From positions 1 through 64,000 of the IMG/VR virus record IMGVR_UViG_3300027749_000065: 64,000 nucleotides of DNA; one strand, given 5' to 3'. A model generated the notes under the pieces. The model did not search any database. It saw only the letters and a program-made list of their open reading frames with translations, and was not told the DNA's origin. The translations under genes were made by a program, and so were the position numbers. Below, one piece after another: positions 8,851 to 18,402 of this stretch (its first letter is position 1; each line of letters opens with the position of its first letter). Source of the stretch: a virus.

Positions 8851-10374
8851 TTAGTTGATTCTAATTGATTTATTTAAAAGATCATTTTCAATACTATTTA
8901 ATAATTCGTTTAACTTTGTGTAATTGGGGTCGCCCTGTACTAACGGTCCGACCAAATTATGTTGATGACTTAATAATAAGTCAATTATATGGTATAAGAT
9001 TTTTAATAAATTTTCACCTCTTACAAAAGAATAAGTTTTAGGTTGAATTTTTGTTATGTAGTCTTCTTGTGTAAAATCATATTTATTTAAATCATTAAAA
9101 TCAATTACCTTATCCGTTTCATTTGTATCGGTGGATAAGAAATAAATTTTATCAGACACTATTGATCCAAATGTTTGTTCTGGTGAATTATCATTTATTT
9201 TACCATATTCAAACATGGTTTCTTTTATTTTGGGTTTTGGTATTGCTCTTTCTTGTGACCATACCATACCAGAACCGGGTCCAACTTTACAAACTTCAAT
9301 ATTTGATATGAATATGGTTCTATTTTTGTTTTCAACATCTGTTGTTAATCTTTTAATAAATTCAGAAGATGGTCTAAAATAGAAAGGATGTATATCCTCG
9401 TTAGGATAAATAGAGTACGATGGGTTATTTAGTTTTAAATCATTTATTGTATATTTTAAACCTAAGTCATGTAAACTATTGATAGTGTGTCTAGTTTCAA
9501 TATAAGCGTTATTTAAAGAATTGACAGGTATTGAAAAAGTTGTTGAACCAGTTGTATGAATAAATTTGGTGAATCCTGTATTAATTGCGGTAAATTGATT
9601 AAAAACAGATGAGTTATATGAATCCCCATTTACTTTGCCTCCATCAACTTTATAAATATAAAAATTAACATTTGATGGGCTTGTTAAATTATCCAAATCA
9701 TATTCAATAATATATTTTATTGTTGCAGAATCATATGTTACTTCAGTTTTAATATCTGCGATTAAATCCATTTTTTTTGGGAACTTTTTTAATGTGATCT
9801 TCGCCAACTTGTTACTCATTAAAGGTTGTTGTAACATAGTTTTTCTATCTTTTACACTAGCAGCATCTTTTGATAATAACTTACCCCCTCTTAATATAAT
9901 ACCACCATCTGTAAAAATTAAATCAGAACCAGATTTACCGTATATTGCATAATCTTTTTCATCTGCAAATGAGTTTTTTGATCTATCATTTGTATATGTA
10001 TTATTTTTTGAATTTATAATATCTGCAGAATGTTTTACGTGAATACCATATGTGGTATTTTCAACTTGTTGTGAATATGTTTGAGTATTATAATCGTATC
10101 TAGTTGTAAAAGGTCCGGCAATATATTCTTGGTTAACAGTTTCTTTATCTGGATTATAATTGATAATTTTAACCGCTTGTTTTTCTAATGGAATGAAATT
10201 AATATTTGTTGGTAGAAATGGGCAACATACAAATGGATCTTTATCTCCCCATTCTTCATATTCAACCGATTTTTCTTTTTCACCAATGTAGTCATTATAA
10301 CGAACCGCACGTATTCTTCCAATACCTTTTGGGTCTTTATTATTTATACATATTCCAATATCTATTATTTTCAT
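8851..10374 (-). CDS. Baseplate central spike (gp5/gpV-like)
   Basis: N-terminal OB-fold GICINNKDPKGIGRIR; C-terminal VRGE.L and HQH (HxH) apex motif. Confidence 0.7.
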   Translation of the reverse strand: MKIIDIGICINNKDPKGIGRIRAVRYNDYIGEKEKSVEYEEWGDKDPFVCCPFLPTNINFIPLEKQAVKIINYNPDKETVNQEYIAGPFTTRYDYNTQTYSQQVENTTYGIHVKHSADIINSKNNTYTNDRSKNSFADEKDYAIYGKSGSDLIFTDGGIILRGGKLLSKDAASVKDRKTMLQQPLMSNKLAKITLKKFPKKMDLIADIKTEVTYDSATIKYIIEYDLDNLTSPSNVNFYIYKVDGGKVNGDSYNSSVFNQFTAINTGFTKFIHTTGSTTFSIPVNSLNNAYIETRHTINSLHDLGLKYTINDLKLNNPSYSIYPNEDIHPFYFRPSSEFIKRLTTDVENKNRTIFISNIEVCKVGPGSGMVWSQERAIPKPKIKETMFEYGKINDNSPEQTFGSIVSDKIYFLSTDTNETDKVIDFNDLNKYDFTQEDYITKIQPKTYSFVRGENLLKILYHIIDLLLSHQHNLVGPLVQGDPNYTKLNELLNSIENDLLNKSIRIN

Positions 10375-10574
10375 TATTTTATAATTCTTTTCCCTATTTC
10401 ATCATTAACTTTATCATATAACTCTTCAACACCATCAAGATGTCTTGTTAAGTCAATAATCAATTCTTTTGTTTTATTGAACTCTTCATATAGTTCTTTT
10501 TGTGCAATAAATAAATCATTATTTGATTTATCTTCTATATTTTCAACTATTTCAATTAATTTTTTCTTATCCAT
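10374..10574 (-). CDS. Small coiled-coil hypothetical protein
   Basis: 66-aa ORF coupled to neighbours. Confidence 0.6.
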   Translation of the reverse strand: MDKKKLIEIVENIEDKSNNDLFIAQKELYEEFNKTKELIIDLTRHLDGVEELYDKVNDEIGKRIIK

Positions 10575-10575
10575 A

Positions 10576-12471
10576 TTATAAAGATTTTCCTGCCAATGTC
10601 ATCATACCCGGTAATATTGTTCCAGGTCCTAATGGTGTTGCAACAATAATTGGTAATGAATTTGTTGAACTAACAAAACCGTTTGCATCTTTTTCTTCTG
10701 CATGTCCATCCATAATTGATTTAATCATTGTCTGAAGATTATTACTTTCACCAAATATTGGGCCCATATTAATACCAGCAGAAGACATTTTTTCGGATAT
10801 ATTCATACTAGCTCTTTCGGGACTATAACCGGATTGTTTGTCAGCGAACATTAATAACAAGTTAGGTATTTTTATTGGTCCATTTGCGGTCAATGCTCCA
10901 TTTATACCTGCAATTACAGCATTAAATAAATCGTAACAATTATCTAACCCATCTTGAAGTACTTTAGTAAGAAACGCAATTAATGCTGTTATTATTATGT
11001 AATACTTTTTTAATTTACCTTTAAGTATTTTTTTTGCCGTCTTTTGTAAAAATTTTAAAAGTTCTACTTTAATTAACTTCCAAAATTCCCTCATAAATAA
11101 CCAAAAAATGTCTTTAATAATTCCATAAAATAATTTCCATAATTTTTTCATTAGTATTTTTAAATCAATTGATGCTAAATTATTTTTTATTATTTTATAT
11201 ACTAAAACAATTGGGAAAAATATTTTGGGTGATAAAATTGCAGTTATCATTGCTTTAGGTACATTTAAAATATAAAGATTTTGTAAATTAATGTTGAAAT
11301 TGATTGTTGGTAAAGATGATTCTGATTGTGAAGATGCATCATTAGCCACTTTACTAAAAGTACTATCAATAACAGAACCAATTGGTTTTTTATCAATGAA
11401 ATATACGAAATCCTCAATCATCTTACCATTTACAGGAACTTCAAAATTATTACAATCTTTGAATTTTAAAACTCTTCTTTTTTTTGTATCTTCATCATCT
11501 ATATCAATACCCTCAACATCATCAAAATTAAAATATGATTGGATGTCTTCATCATTTTCATTAAACAATTTTGTTGGGTTATGATTTGTAAAATGTTTTG
11601 GATTTAATGGTGGTCCACAGACAGATAATAATTTCTTAATAATTCTTTGAACTTCATTCATCGCATCTAAAAAAAAGGATGGTTCAGTTCCGTCTCCTTG
11701 TATTGTCATTAACATTGCAGTTTTAACAATATCTCGTAATTCTGGTAATTCAATAGTTGAAAAATAATCTGAAAAAAATTCGCCAACTTTTGGTTGTGTA
11801 TTTTCTTGTGTTAAACCTGAAATCACAAAATGTTGATTAGGTGCACTCCAAGTTGATGTAAATAATGTTTTATTATTATTTGTATTAAACTGATATGGTG
11901 AACCATTAAAAGAGTTATAAAAATTTCTATTTACTTTCTGTTTGCCTTTATCAGGTGATGATGCTTCATACATTATTTTACCAGACGCAGATGAAGGTTC
12001 TACTGTAAACATTTTTAATAGATCAAACTCATTTGGGGTTAACGTTAGTTGATCTATATTAATTGATGTTAGTGTACCACAAATCCCATCTCCAGCAAAA
12101 AAAACTTTATTTACATTATCTGAAACAATTTGTCTAGTTGAACTTAAAGTTTTTTTTGCTGCAGTATGTGCACTATCTTTTAAAACCCCTAACGCTGATT
12201 TATCTTTTCCTGCATTTTTATTTTGACCTAAAAACCCGTTAGAAATATCAAGTAAATCACCAAAAATATCTTTATTGGAATTTGATGTTTTTCTTTTTTG
12301 TTTATCTAAATAAGCAGATAATTTTTTACCTAAAATAGCATCAGTTGATGGTAAATCTTTGAGGTATTTTTCATCAATACTATCTGTAAATGCTTTTGGG
12401 TCATCATTTATTTTTTTGATGGCCTCAAGTTTTGATTGTATTTTGTTTTTAGTACTTTTAACGTCGCTCAT
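10576..12471 (-). CDS. Hypothetical (probably virion) protein
   Basis: 631-aa ORF in the operon with the spike gene. Confidence 0.6.
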   Translation of the reverse strand: MSDVKSTKNKIQSKLEAIKKINDDPKAFTDSIDEKYLKDLPSTDAILGKKLSAYLDKQKRKTSNSNKDIFGDLLDISNGFLGQNKNAGKDKSALGVLKDSAHTAAKKTLSSTRQIVSDNVNKVFFAGDGICGTLTSINIDQLTLTPNEFDLLKMFTVEPSSASGKIMYEASSPDKGKQKVNRNFYNSFNGSPYQFNTNNNKTLFTSTWSAPNQHFVISGLTQENTQPKVGEFFSDYFSTIELPELRDIVKTAMLMTIQGDGTEPSFFLDAMNEVQRIIKKLLSVCGPPLNPKHFTNHNPTKLFNENDEDIQSYFNFDDVEGIDIDDEDTKKRRVLKFKDCNNFEVPVNGKMIEDFVYFIDKKPIGSVIDSTFSKVANDASSQSESSLPTINFNINLQNLYILNVPKAMITAILSPKIFFPIVLVYKIIKNNLASIDLKILMKKLWKLFYGIIKDIFWLFMREFWKLIKVELLKFLQKTAKKILKGKLKKYYIIITALIAFLTKVLQDGLDNCYDLFNAVIAGINGALTANGPIKIPNLLLMFADKQSGYSPERASMNISEKMSSAGINMGPIFGESNNLQTMIKSIMDGHAEEKDANGFVSSTNSLPIIVATPLGPGTILPGMMTLAGKSL

Positions 12472-12851
12472 TATAGTGAATATGAAGTTTTTGATATATT
12501 TTTATCATCATCATTAACTAATTTATCTAATATTGCTCTATCTTCATCAGATAATGTAAGTTTACCAATTGGCCCACCTCCATTACCTTGACCTTGTGTT
12601 TGTTTTAATAAAACACTCTGTAATTTAACTAATGATATTTTCTTTTCTGCACATTCATTAAGAATTTTTTGTTGTTCTTTAATTACAGGTCCAATCATAC
12701 TCATATCCTCAGCATCTTTCATAAACGCAAGCATTTTTTTCATAATTAATGATGCGGTATTTTTTTGTTCGATAATGTCATTATAAATTTCTTGCATTAA
12801 AGATAATGCAGAATCGACATCTAATGATATAATATTTCTTTTATTTGCCAT
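12471..12851 (-). CDS. Hypothetical helical protein
   Basis: 126-aa ORF with late motif 4 nt upstream. Confidence 0.65.
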   Translation of the reverse strand: MANKRNIISLDVDSALSLMQEIYNDIIEQKNTASLIMKKMLAFMKDAEDMSMIGPVIKEQQKILNECAEKKISLVKLQSVLLKQTQGQGNGGGPIGKLTLSDEDRAILDKLVNDDDKNISKTSYSL

Positions 12852-12871
12852 ATCAATAAATAGATGTTTTT

Positions 12872-13570
12872 TTATTTTATAACATCTTCTAATATACCAT
12901 TATACATTTTTTTATAACGTTTTAATGCTAATCTTATTTCTTTTGTGGATAAAGATGTCATTTCTCTTAATGATAAAAGTATTAAGTTTTTATTAAATTT
13001 ATTACCTCCACCAATTTGAAATATTTTATTAAAATTAGTGAAAATTTCAAGTAATGCATAACCTAATTTTCTTTCATTTTCGTTCATTTCTTCGTTTTCC
13101 ATGAATTCTTCTAATTCTACCACTAATTTAATAATGACATCAGAATAATCAATTACTTCGTAATCTATTGTATATGACAAATGAGGACTTTCTTCTATTT
13201 CGGAAGAAATATCCTCATATGATATACTTCTATTACTTTCTTTGGTGTCTTTTTGAATTGCACCCATCAAGTAATTTTTACAAATTGTACCAAAATACGA
13301 ATACGCCTTCGTATTTTGGGTATGGTCAAATTTGTTTAATTTTGTCATTAGAAAAGACCAAGTATCTGTATGATTTTCATCAAACGATATACCTTTTCTA
13401 TATAATTTATAGCGTCGAATAATTGATTCGATCATTATAATCAGGGGTTCTTTTAAATATTCATTGAATATCTTATTCCTTTCGTTTTCGTCTTCAGATT
13501 CTAGATATCTTACTACCGCTTCTTCTTGTTGAACCCCAAAATATTCTTTTTGGGTTCTTTTTTTTGGCAT
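12872..13570 (-). CDS. Phage sigma factor (T4 gp55-like late sigma)
   Basis: YFG..EEAVVRY and KFD....KAYSYFGTICKNYL sigma region 2-like segment. Confidence 0.65.
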   Translation of the reverse strand: MPKKRTQKEYFGVQQEEAVVRYLESEDENERNKIFNEYLKEPLIIMIESIIRRYKLYRKGISFDENHTDTWSFLMTKLNKFDHTQNTKAYSYFGTICKNYLMGAIQKDTKESNRSISYEDISSEIEESPHLSYTIDYEVIDYSDVIIKLVVELEEFMENEEMNENERKLGYALLEIFTNFNKIFQIGGGNKFNKNLILLSLREMTSLSTKEIRLALKRYKKMYNGILEDVIK

Positions 13571-14352
13571 TAAGATGGAACATATGTTAATTCTCGTTTA
13601 TTTTTAAAGAAAAATTCTTTTTTTGCTGAATCTATCCAAAACTTAACTTCTTGTTCAGTTAATTTTTCGTTTTCAAATGACCAAAATAATGAGTCTTCTC
13701 TTAAATTAACATGTTGATATCCAACACGTGGAACTGTCATTATTTTAACTTGATTATTAGTTAACCTTAATAAAAATTCATAACCAAATGTTAACTTAAT
13801 ATTTTCTTTAAACAACCCATTTTCTTTAATTACTTTAGTTTTATAAAGACCTCCACTTGTTTGATAATTTTGGAATTCCAATAATGTACCATTATCGATA
13901 AAACCTTGTTGGTCGGTAAAACCATATGCCCAAGATGATTCATTTGTAAAACTTAAAAAATTACCATCTTTATTAACATCTCTAATGATTGGAAGAAATA
14001 CATCAACATCAGTATATGATTTGATATGTTCATTCATTGATTTTAACCAAATTGGTTTGAATACGTCATCAACTTCTAATATTGTAAACCATTCGGTGTC
14101 GCATGTTTCAATACCTTTATTAATTTGTGAACAAAAATCTGTTTGACCTAAATTAACAACAAAATTTATTTCTAATTTTTGACCAAAATCAATTTTACTA
14201 ATTTCATTTTTAATGTTAGCTGGACAAATAATCAAAACTTTAACATCATTATAAAATGTGTTCATAGAATCAATTGCAATTGATAACATTTCCTTATATT
14301 CTTCATTTAATTTGTGTACAGGAATTAACACACTTATTTTTTTATTTTCCAT
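13570..14352 (-). CDS. Glycosyltransferase family 2
   Basis: KISVLIPVH, INKGIE, WFTILEVDD (DxD-like), FLLRL. Confidence 0.8.
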   Translation of the reverse strand: MENKKISVLIPVHKLNEEYKEMLSIAIDSMNTFYNDVKVLIICPANIKNEISKIDFGQKLEINFVVNLGQTDFCSQINKGIETCDTEWFTILEVDDVFKPIWLKSMNEHIKSYTDVDVFLPIIRDVNKDGNFLSFTNESSWAYGFTDQQGFIDNGTLLEFQNYQTSGGLYKTKVIKENGLFKENIKLTFGYEFLLRLTNNQVKIMTVPRVGYQHVNLREDSLFWSFENEKLTEQEVKFWIDSAKKEFFFKNKRELTYVPS

Positions 14353-15413
14353 TATATAGTTTCTTTGTTTATATTTTCAATCCCTTTTTCGATTGATTCT
14401 TTTCTTTTATTTTTTATCGATCCGAAAATAGATAAAACATTATTTTTAGTTACATTTGTATCATATGGTAATAAAGTGTCTTTCATTTTACTTTTAACCT
14501 CATCAGTTAAATCAATACCATCTAACCAAGATAATAAGAAAGTTCCCAAAATATCAACAAGATTATTAACATCATCTGTCCACATACCATTTTCACCTAA
14601 CCAATTTGGTTCTGTATCAGGAATTTTACCAATTACAGGTACTTCACATTTCATTGATTCAAGTGGAAATGTACCAAATGTAGAATCATCATCAACCCAT
14701 AATGAGACAACACATTCTTTTAATGCCCCACTAAAGTCTTTGTAACTCATTTGTACCATATCTCTGAATGTGATAAATCTAAGTTGCGGATATCTAAGAT
14801 AGAATTCAGATATTAATCTTCTATGAATAACTCTATCTCTACAATTAATTGCAACCAATGGTTTAATTGGGGTTTCTGAAGGTGTAAAATTATCACCAAT
14901 TATTGGTGGTATAATAAACACTAATGATTCTGGAAAATTTTGTAAAATATACTTTTTACTTTCTTCTGTTGTAGTTATCACTCTATCAAAACCAAAGTCA
15001 ATCCATCTACTACCAACTGGTAAAGTTTCAAAAATATAATTTTTTTGTTGGACTAACATTACTTTACTACATTTAACATTAGTTAATTGTTGTAAAACAT
15101 TTGAATAGTATTCAGGTACAACAATAGTATCATCAATTTTAATTTCAGGTCTGTCTTCTTTAATAGACACAACTTCTAATTTACTATAATCGTCACCTAA
15201 CCAAGGTACGCCTCCATATGTTTTATCCTCAACAAGTATTTTTGAAGTAAATCCATTATTATTCAATGTTAATGCCATATCATAGATATGTTTAACTGAC
15301 GCTCTTGGGTTATTTTTTGTATCATACGTTAAGAAATATATGACACTCTCATTTGAATCTAACCTTCCTATGGCTTCGATTAATTTTTGTATTTGTTCTT
15401 CTTTATTCATCAT
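14352..15413 (-). CDS. Glycosyltransferase, GT-B fold (GT4-like)
   Basis: IVVPE, STFGTFPLESMKCEVPVIG (E-x-FG-x-P-LEAM-like). Confidence 0.75.
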   Translation of the reverse strand: MMNKEEQIQKLIEAIGRLDSNESVIYFLTYDTKNNPRASVKHIYDMALTLNNNGFTSKILVEDKTYGGVPWLGDDYSKLEVVSIKEDRPEIKIDDTIVVPEYYSNVLQQLTNVKCSKVMLVQQKNYIFETLPVGSRWIDFGFDRVITTTEESKKYILQNFPESLVFIIPPIIGDNFTPSETPIKPLVAINCRDRVIHRRLISEFYLRYPQLRFITFRDMVQMSYKDFSGALKECVVSLWVDDDSTFGTFPLESMKCEVPVIGKIPDTEPNWLGENGMWTDDVNNLVDILGTFLLSWLDGIDLTDEVKSKMKDTLLPYDTNVTKNNVLSIFGSIKNKRKESIEKGIENINKETI

Positions 15414-15702
15414 CTTCTATATATTCAATTAAAATTTCACTTTTTATTAGACTATTCATTGCAAGTTGAAAGGAAATATCTTCATTTTTAAATCCTTTTA
15501 ATAATGTATCGTCTTCTCCTTCTTGAAAGTCGTTAATAACCCTATCCAAACACATTTTTATCATTTCATATTTAAAAACATTGATTTCCAAAGGTATTGT
15601 TTCAATATCTTCATCATTGTCTTCAACTATTCCATTTATTTTGCATTTGTCAACGATTCTGTCAAAATCAATGTAGTACTGTTTTCTGAAAAATTGAGCC
15701 AT
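15403..15702 (-). CDS. Hypothetical protein
   Basis: 99-aa ORF in operon. Confidence 0.6.
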   Translation of the reverse strand: MAQFFRKQYYIDFDRIVDKCKINGIVEDNDEDIETIPLEINVFKYEMIKMCLDRVINDFQEGEDDTLLKGFKNEDISFQLAMNSLIKSEILIEYIEDDE

Positions 15703-16316
15703 GTTTCTTTTATTTCTGTTAATTTAGTTATTTCTTTTTCAATTGTAAAGAATTCATTGTATTTGGTGTTAAATTTATAAACAGATTTATCAATAGGACA
15801 TTTTTCTATTATTTTTTTATTGTCCGTGATCCAATAATCACAATTTTTCCATGATTCATCAATTTCACTTGATTTAATAAATTTAATATTATTGGACATA
15901 ACACCATTTTTAGATAAAAAGAAAAGTGTTGCTGGTTTTGCTTTACCAAATTCATCTAAACCAATTAAAGTGATATTGTGTTCTAAATTTGAGGATATTA
16001 ATTTGTTAAGGTCTGTTATTGCGGTCGAATAACTAAGTCCAGCATGACCAAAAATTTCTATTGGGAATTCTAAGAATAAAAAGTATTCAAACTCTTCTTT
16101 TGATTTAAATTTATAACTATTTAATATGTTGTCATTTTGAATAGGTTCATTTATTTTATATTCAAAATCACTATTATCAGAATCAATTACTTTTCCTGTT
16201 TCAACATCAAGTTTGTTACCAATTTCTTCTGAGTTTAAATAATAATCTACGTAATGGTAGTCGAATTTTTGTATGAGGTTTCTAATTACCCCATCAATAC
16301 TAATATATATTTCCAT
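15636..16316 (-). CDS. HAD-superfamily 5'(3')-deoxyribonucleotidase-like protein
   Basis: Start MEIYISIDGVIRN (DxDGV-like, first Asp replaced by Ser); DYWITDN; FNTKYN. Confidence 0.6.
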   Translation of the reverse strand: MEIYISIDGVIRNLIQKFDYHYVDYYLNSEEIGNKLDVETGKVIDSDNSDFEYKINEPIQNDNILNSYKFKSKEEFEYFLFLEFPIEIFGHAGLSYSTAITDLNKLISSNLEHNITLIGLDEFGKAKPATLFFLSKNGVMSNNIKFIKSSEIDESWKNCDYWITDNKKIIEKCPIDKSVYKFNTKYNEFFTIEKEITKLTEIKETWLNFSENSTTLILTESLTNAK

Positions 16317-16353
16317 GTTCGTAAATATAATATTAATGTAAACATAAGTAAAT

Positions 16354-16393
16354 AATAAACCCATATCATTTATTATAGTGATATGGGTTTATT
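16354..16393 (-). terminator. Hairpin terminator after phoH
   Basis: AATAAACCCATATCA...TGATATGGGTTTATT, 15-bp stem. Confidence 0.75.
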
Positions 16394-16415
16394 GTGCAAA
16401 AATTACTTTATTAAT

Positions 16416-17108
16416 TTATTTGTTAAATAAATGTACTTTATATTTTTTATAAATTCTTTGTATTAATTCATCTCTTTTTTGGAATGATTCGTCTAATTCT
16501 TTAATACCAATACCTTCTTCATTTTTTAAAATTTCAATTAAATCAAAAATACCTGTGTTTTTTATGTCTGATTGAAAAGGGTCAGCCATTAAAATTAATT
16601 TTGAAGATGTACTTTTTCTTGTTATGAAAGAAACTTGTTCATGTAATGTCGCACCTTGTATTTCATCTGCAATAATACAACAATTTTCAAAAGTAACACC
16701 TCTACAATATTGTATTGGTTCAAAAATTACTTTTTTTTCCATAAAAAGTTTATGTGTTTCAGATTTACCAACAAGTTTTTCCATGTTGTCGACAAATGAA
16801 CGTAAATACTGTTCTACCTTATCATCTGATGTACCGGGTAAAAACCCCATACTTCTACCAATTTCAATAATTGGTTTAGTTAGAATTACTTTTTCAATGT
16901 TTTTTTTCCTTAATTCAGTTAAAGCATAATGAAGTGCTATTGTTGTTTTACCACAACCTGGATCAGCTAACAATAATGTTATCTTATTATTTCTGATAAA
17001 TTCAACAACTTCTTTTTGATTTTCATCTAAAGTAATCTCTAATTGTCTTGGATTTTTTGGAATTTTTTTCTCTTTGTAAACATCATCGGTGTGGTGTTTT
17101 GAAGTCAT
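16416..17108 (-). CDS. phoH: PhoH-like ATPase
   Basis: ADPGCGKT, MGFLPG, RGVTF, IADEIQ, ADPFQSD; start reassigned to ATG 17108. Confidence 0.9.
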   Translation of the reverse strand: MTSKHHTDDVYKEKKIPKNPRQLEITLDENQKEVVEFIRNNKITLLLADPGCGKTTIALHYALTELRKKNIEKVILTKPIIEIGRSMGFLPGTSDDKVEQYLRSFVDNMEKLVGKSETHKLFMEKKVIFEPIQYCRGVTFENCCIIADEIQGATLHEQVSFITRKSTSSKLILMADPFQSDIKNTGIFDLIEILKNEEGIGIKELDESFQKRDELIQRIYKKYKVHLFNK

Positions 17109-17174
17109 ATTATATCTTTTATTAATAAATATATCTTCAAAACCCAATACTTTATATATGTATTTTTTTATAAT

Positions 17175-17210
17175 AAAAAAAACCAATCAATTTTAATGAT
17201 TGGGTTTTTT
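17175..17210 (-). terminator. Terminator after the dUTPase C-fragment
   Basis: Minus strand CCCAATCA-loop-TGATTGGTTTTTTTT. Confidence 0.75.
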
Positions 17211-17226
17211 AAAAAGTGTGAGATAT

Positions 17227-17526
17227 TTATGATCCAGTACTACCAAATCCACCACTACCTCTATCACTATCAGATAATGTATCTGTTTCAATAAATTTAA
17301 TTTGTGGATAAGGTAAAATAATGATTTGAGCACCTCTATCACCAACTTTGTAATCAGCATCAAATGCATCATGTACCTTTTTAAAGGTAGCTTGGATTTC
17401 ACCTCTATACCCACAATTATGTAAACATAAATTATTTCCAAAGAAATTATGATTTTTTTCTACTGTTAAATGATAAATTGGTTTACTATTAGTTTTTTCA
17501 ATTTTTTTTATTTTGGTATATTTCAT
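17227..17526 (-). CDS. dut: Split intein C-fragment (37 aa) plus dUTPase C-terminal half
   Basis: MKYTKIKKIEK..IYHLTVEKNHNFFGNNLCLHN|CGYRGEI...DRGAQ...RGSGGFGSTG (dUTPase motifs 3-5). Confidence 0.92.
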   Translation of the reverse strand: MKYTKIKKIEKTNSKPIYHLTVEKNHNFFGNNLCLHNCGYRGEIQATFKKVHDAFDADYKVGDRGAQIIILPYPQIKFIETDTLSDSDRGSGGFGSTGS

Positions 17527-18346
17527 TTACTTTATTTTTAATCTTATTTAATGTTATTTTTTTTGTTTTATAATCATTTTCCCATATTATAATGACTTCA
17601 TACCCATTATCGGTTAATAATTTAACCCGTTGATTATCATTTTCCCATATTTCTTTAGCGGTTTTTCTAATTTGTTTATGGTAATAATCGGGATTAAAAA
17701 ATAATGGATTACAGTGCCAATAATCACCATAACATTCAATTAATATTTTATTATTTATTAAAATATCAGGAAATGTTTTTCTTATTTTTAAATCTATAAA
17801 TCCATTTGAATCAACTGTTAAATTTTTAATATTTAATTTTAAAAATTCAAATATTTCTTTTTCAAATTTAGATGTTCTTTTACCAACAAATTTAGACTTA
17901 CACTCATTTGAACAATAACCTTCATCCTCCCAATTTGAACTAATATATACTTTATCACAAGAATTACATTTTCTTTTTATTCTACCTGATAAGTGTTTAC
18001 ATTCATTTGAACAAAATTTAGAAACTTTTCGATAATTCCAAGTTTCATATTCTTTACCACAATGATCACATGAAAATTTATTTTTTTTTAATTTTATAGT
18101 ATTATTATTTTTCTGTTGATTCTTACTTGCACATGATATTGAGCAAAATCTTCTTTTAGTGTAATTTTGAACCTCAACTTCTTTATCACATTCTTCACAT
18201 TTAATAATTTTTCTTTTTCTTAATGGATTTAATATTGTTGACATTGAATTGATTCTACATTCATTTGAACAATATTTTGAATGATCTCTATTTGTTAAAA
18301 ATTCTTTACTACATTGTAAGCATATTTTTTCTTGTTTTTCACACAT
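17498..18346 (-). CDS. Free-standing homing endonuclease (Vsr/DUF559-like) with repeated Cys zinc-ribbon motifs
   Basis: Four CxxC..FCS.xC repeats; PDILI..LIECYGDYWH; IIWE. Confidence 0.8.
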   Translation of the reverse strand: MCEKQEKICLQCSKEFLTNRDHSKYCSNECRINSMSTILNPLRKRKIIKCEECDKEVEVQNYTKRRFCSISCASKNQQKNNNTIKLKKNKFSCDHCGKEYETWNYRKVSKFCSNECKHLSGRIKRKCNSCDKVYISSNWEDEGYCSNECKSKFVGKRTSKFEKEIFEFLKLNIKNLTVDSNGFIDLKIRKTFPDILINNKILIECYGDYWHCNPLFFNPDYYHKQIRKTAKEIWENDNQRVKLLTDNGYEVIIIWENDYKTKKITLNKIKNKVNEIYQNKKN

Positions 18347-18352
18347 ATAACC

Positions 18353-18385
18353 ACATTCTATTACAATAAATATCCAATAGAATGT
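18353..18385 (-). promoter_or_regulatory. Hairpin enclosing a late promoter upstream of the endonuclease
   Basis: 10-bp inverted repeat ACATTCTATT/AATAGAATGT with ATATTTAT (minus strand) in the loop. Confidence 0.7.
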
Positions 18386-18402
18386 AAAAGAATATGATAT
18401 AT

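Noticed and set aside
17193-17441. Same-strand alternative-frame ORF over the dUTPase C-fragment
   Set aside because: No motifs; the overlapping frame carries the conserved intein and dUTPase residues
17527-18402. Group I intron or pseudogene explanation for the broken dUTPase
   Set aside because: Both halves carry intact intein motifs at the junctions, and there is almost no non-coding space for a ribozyme core
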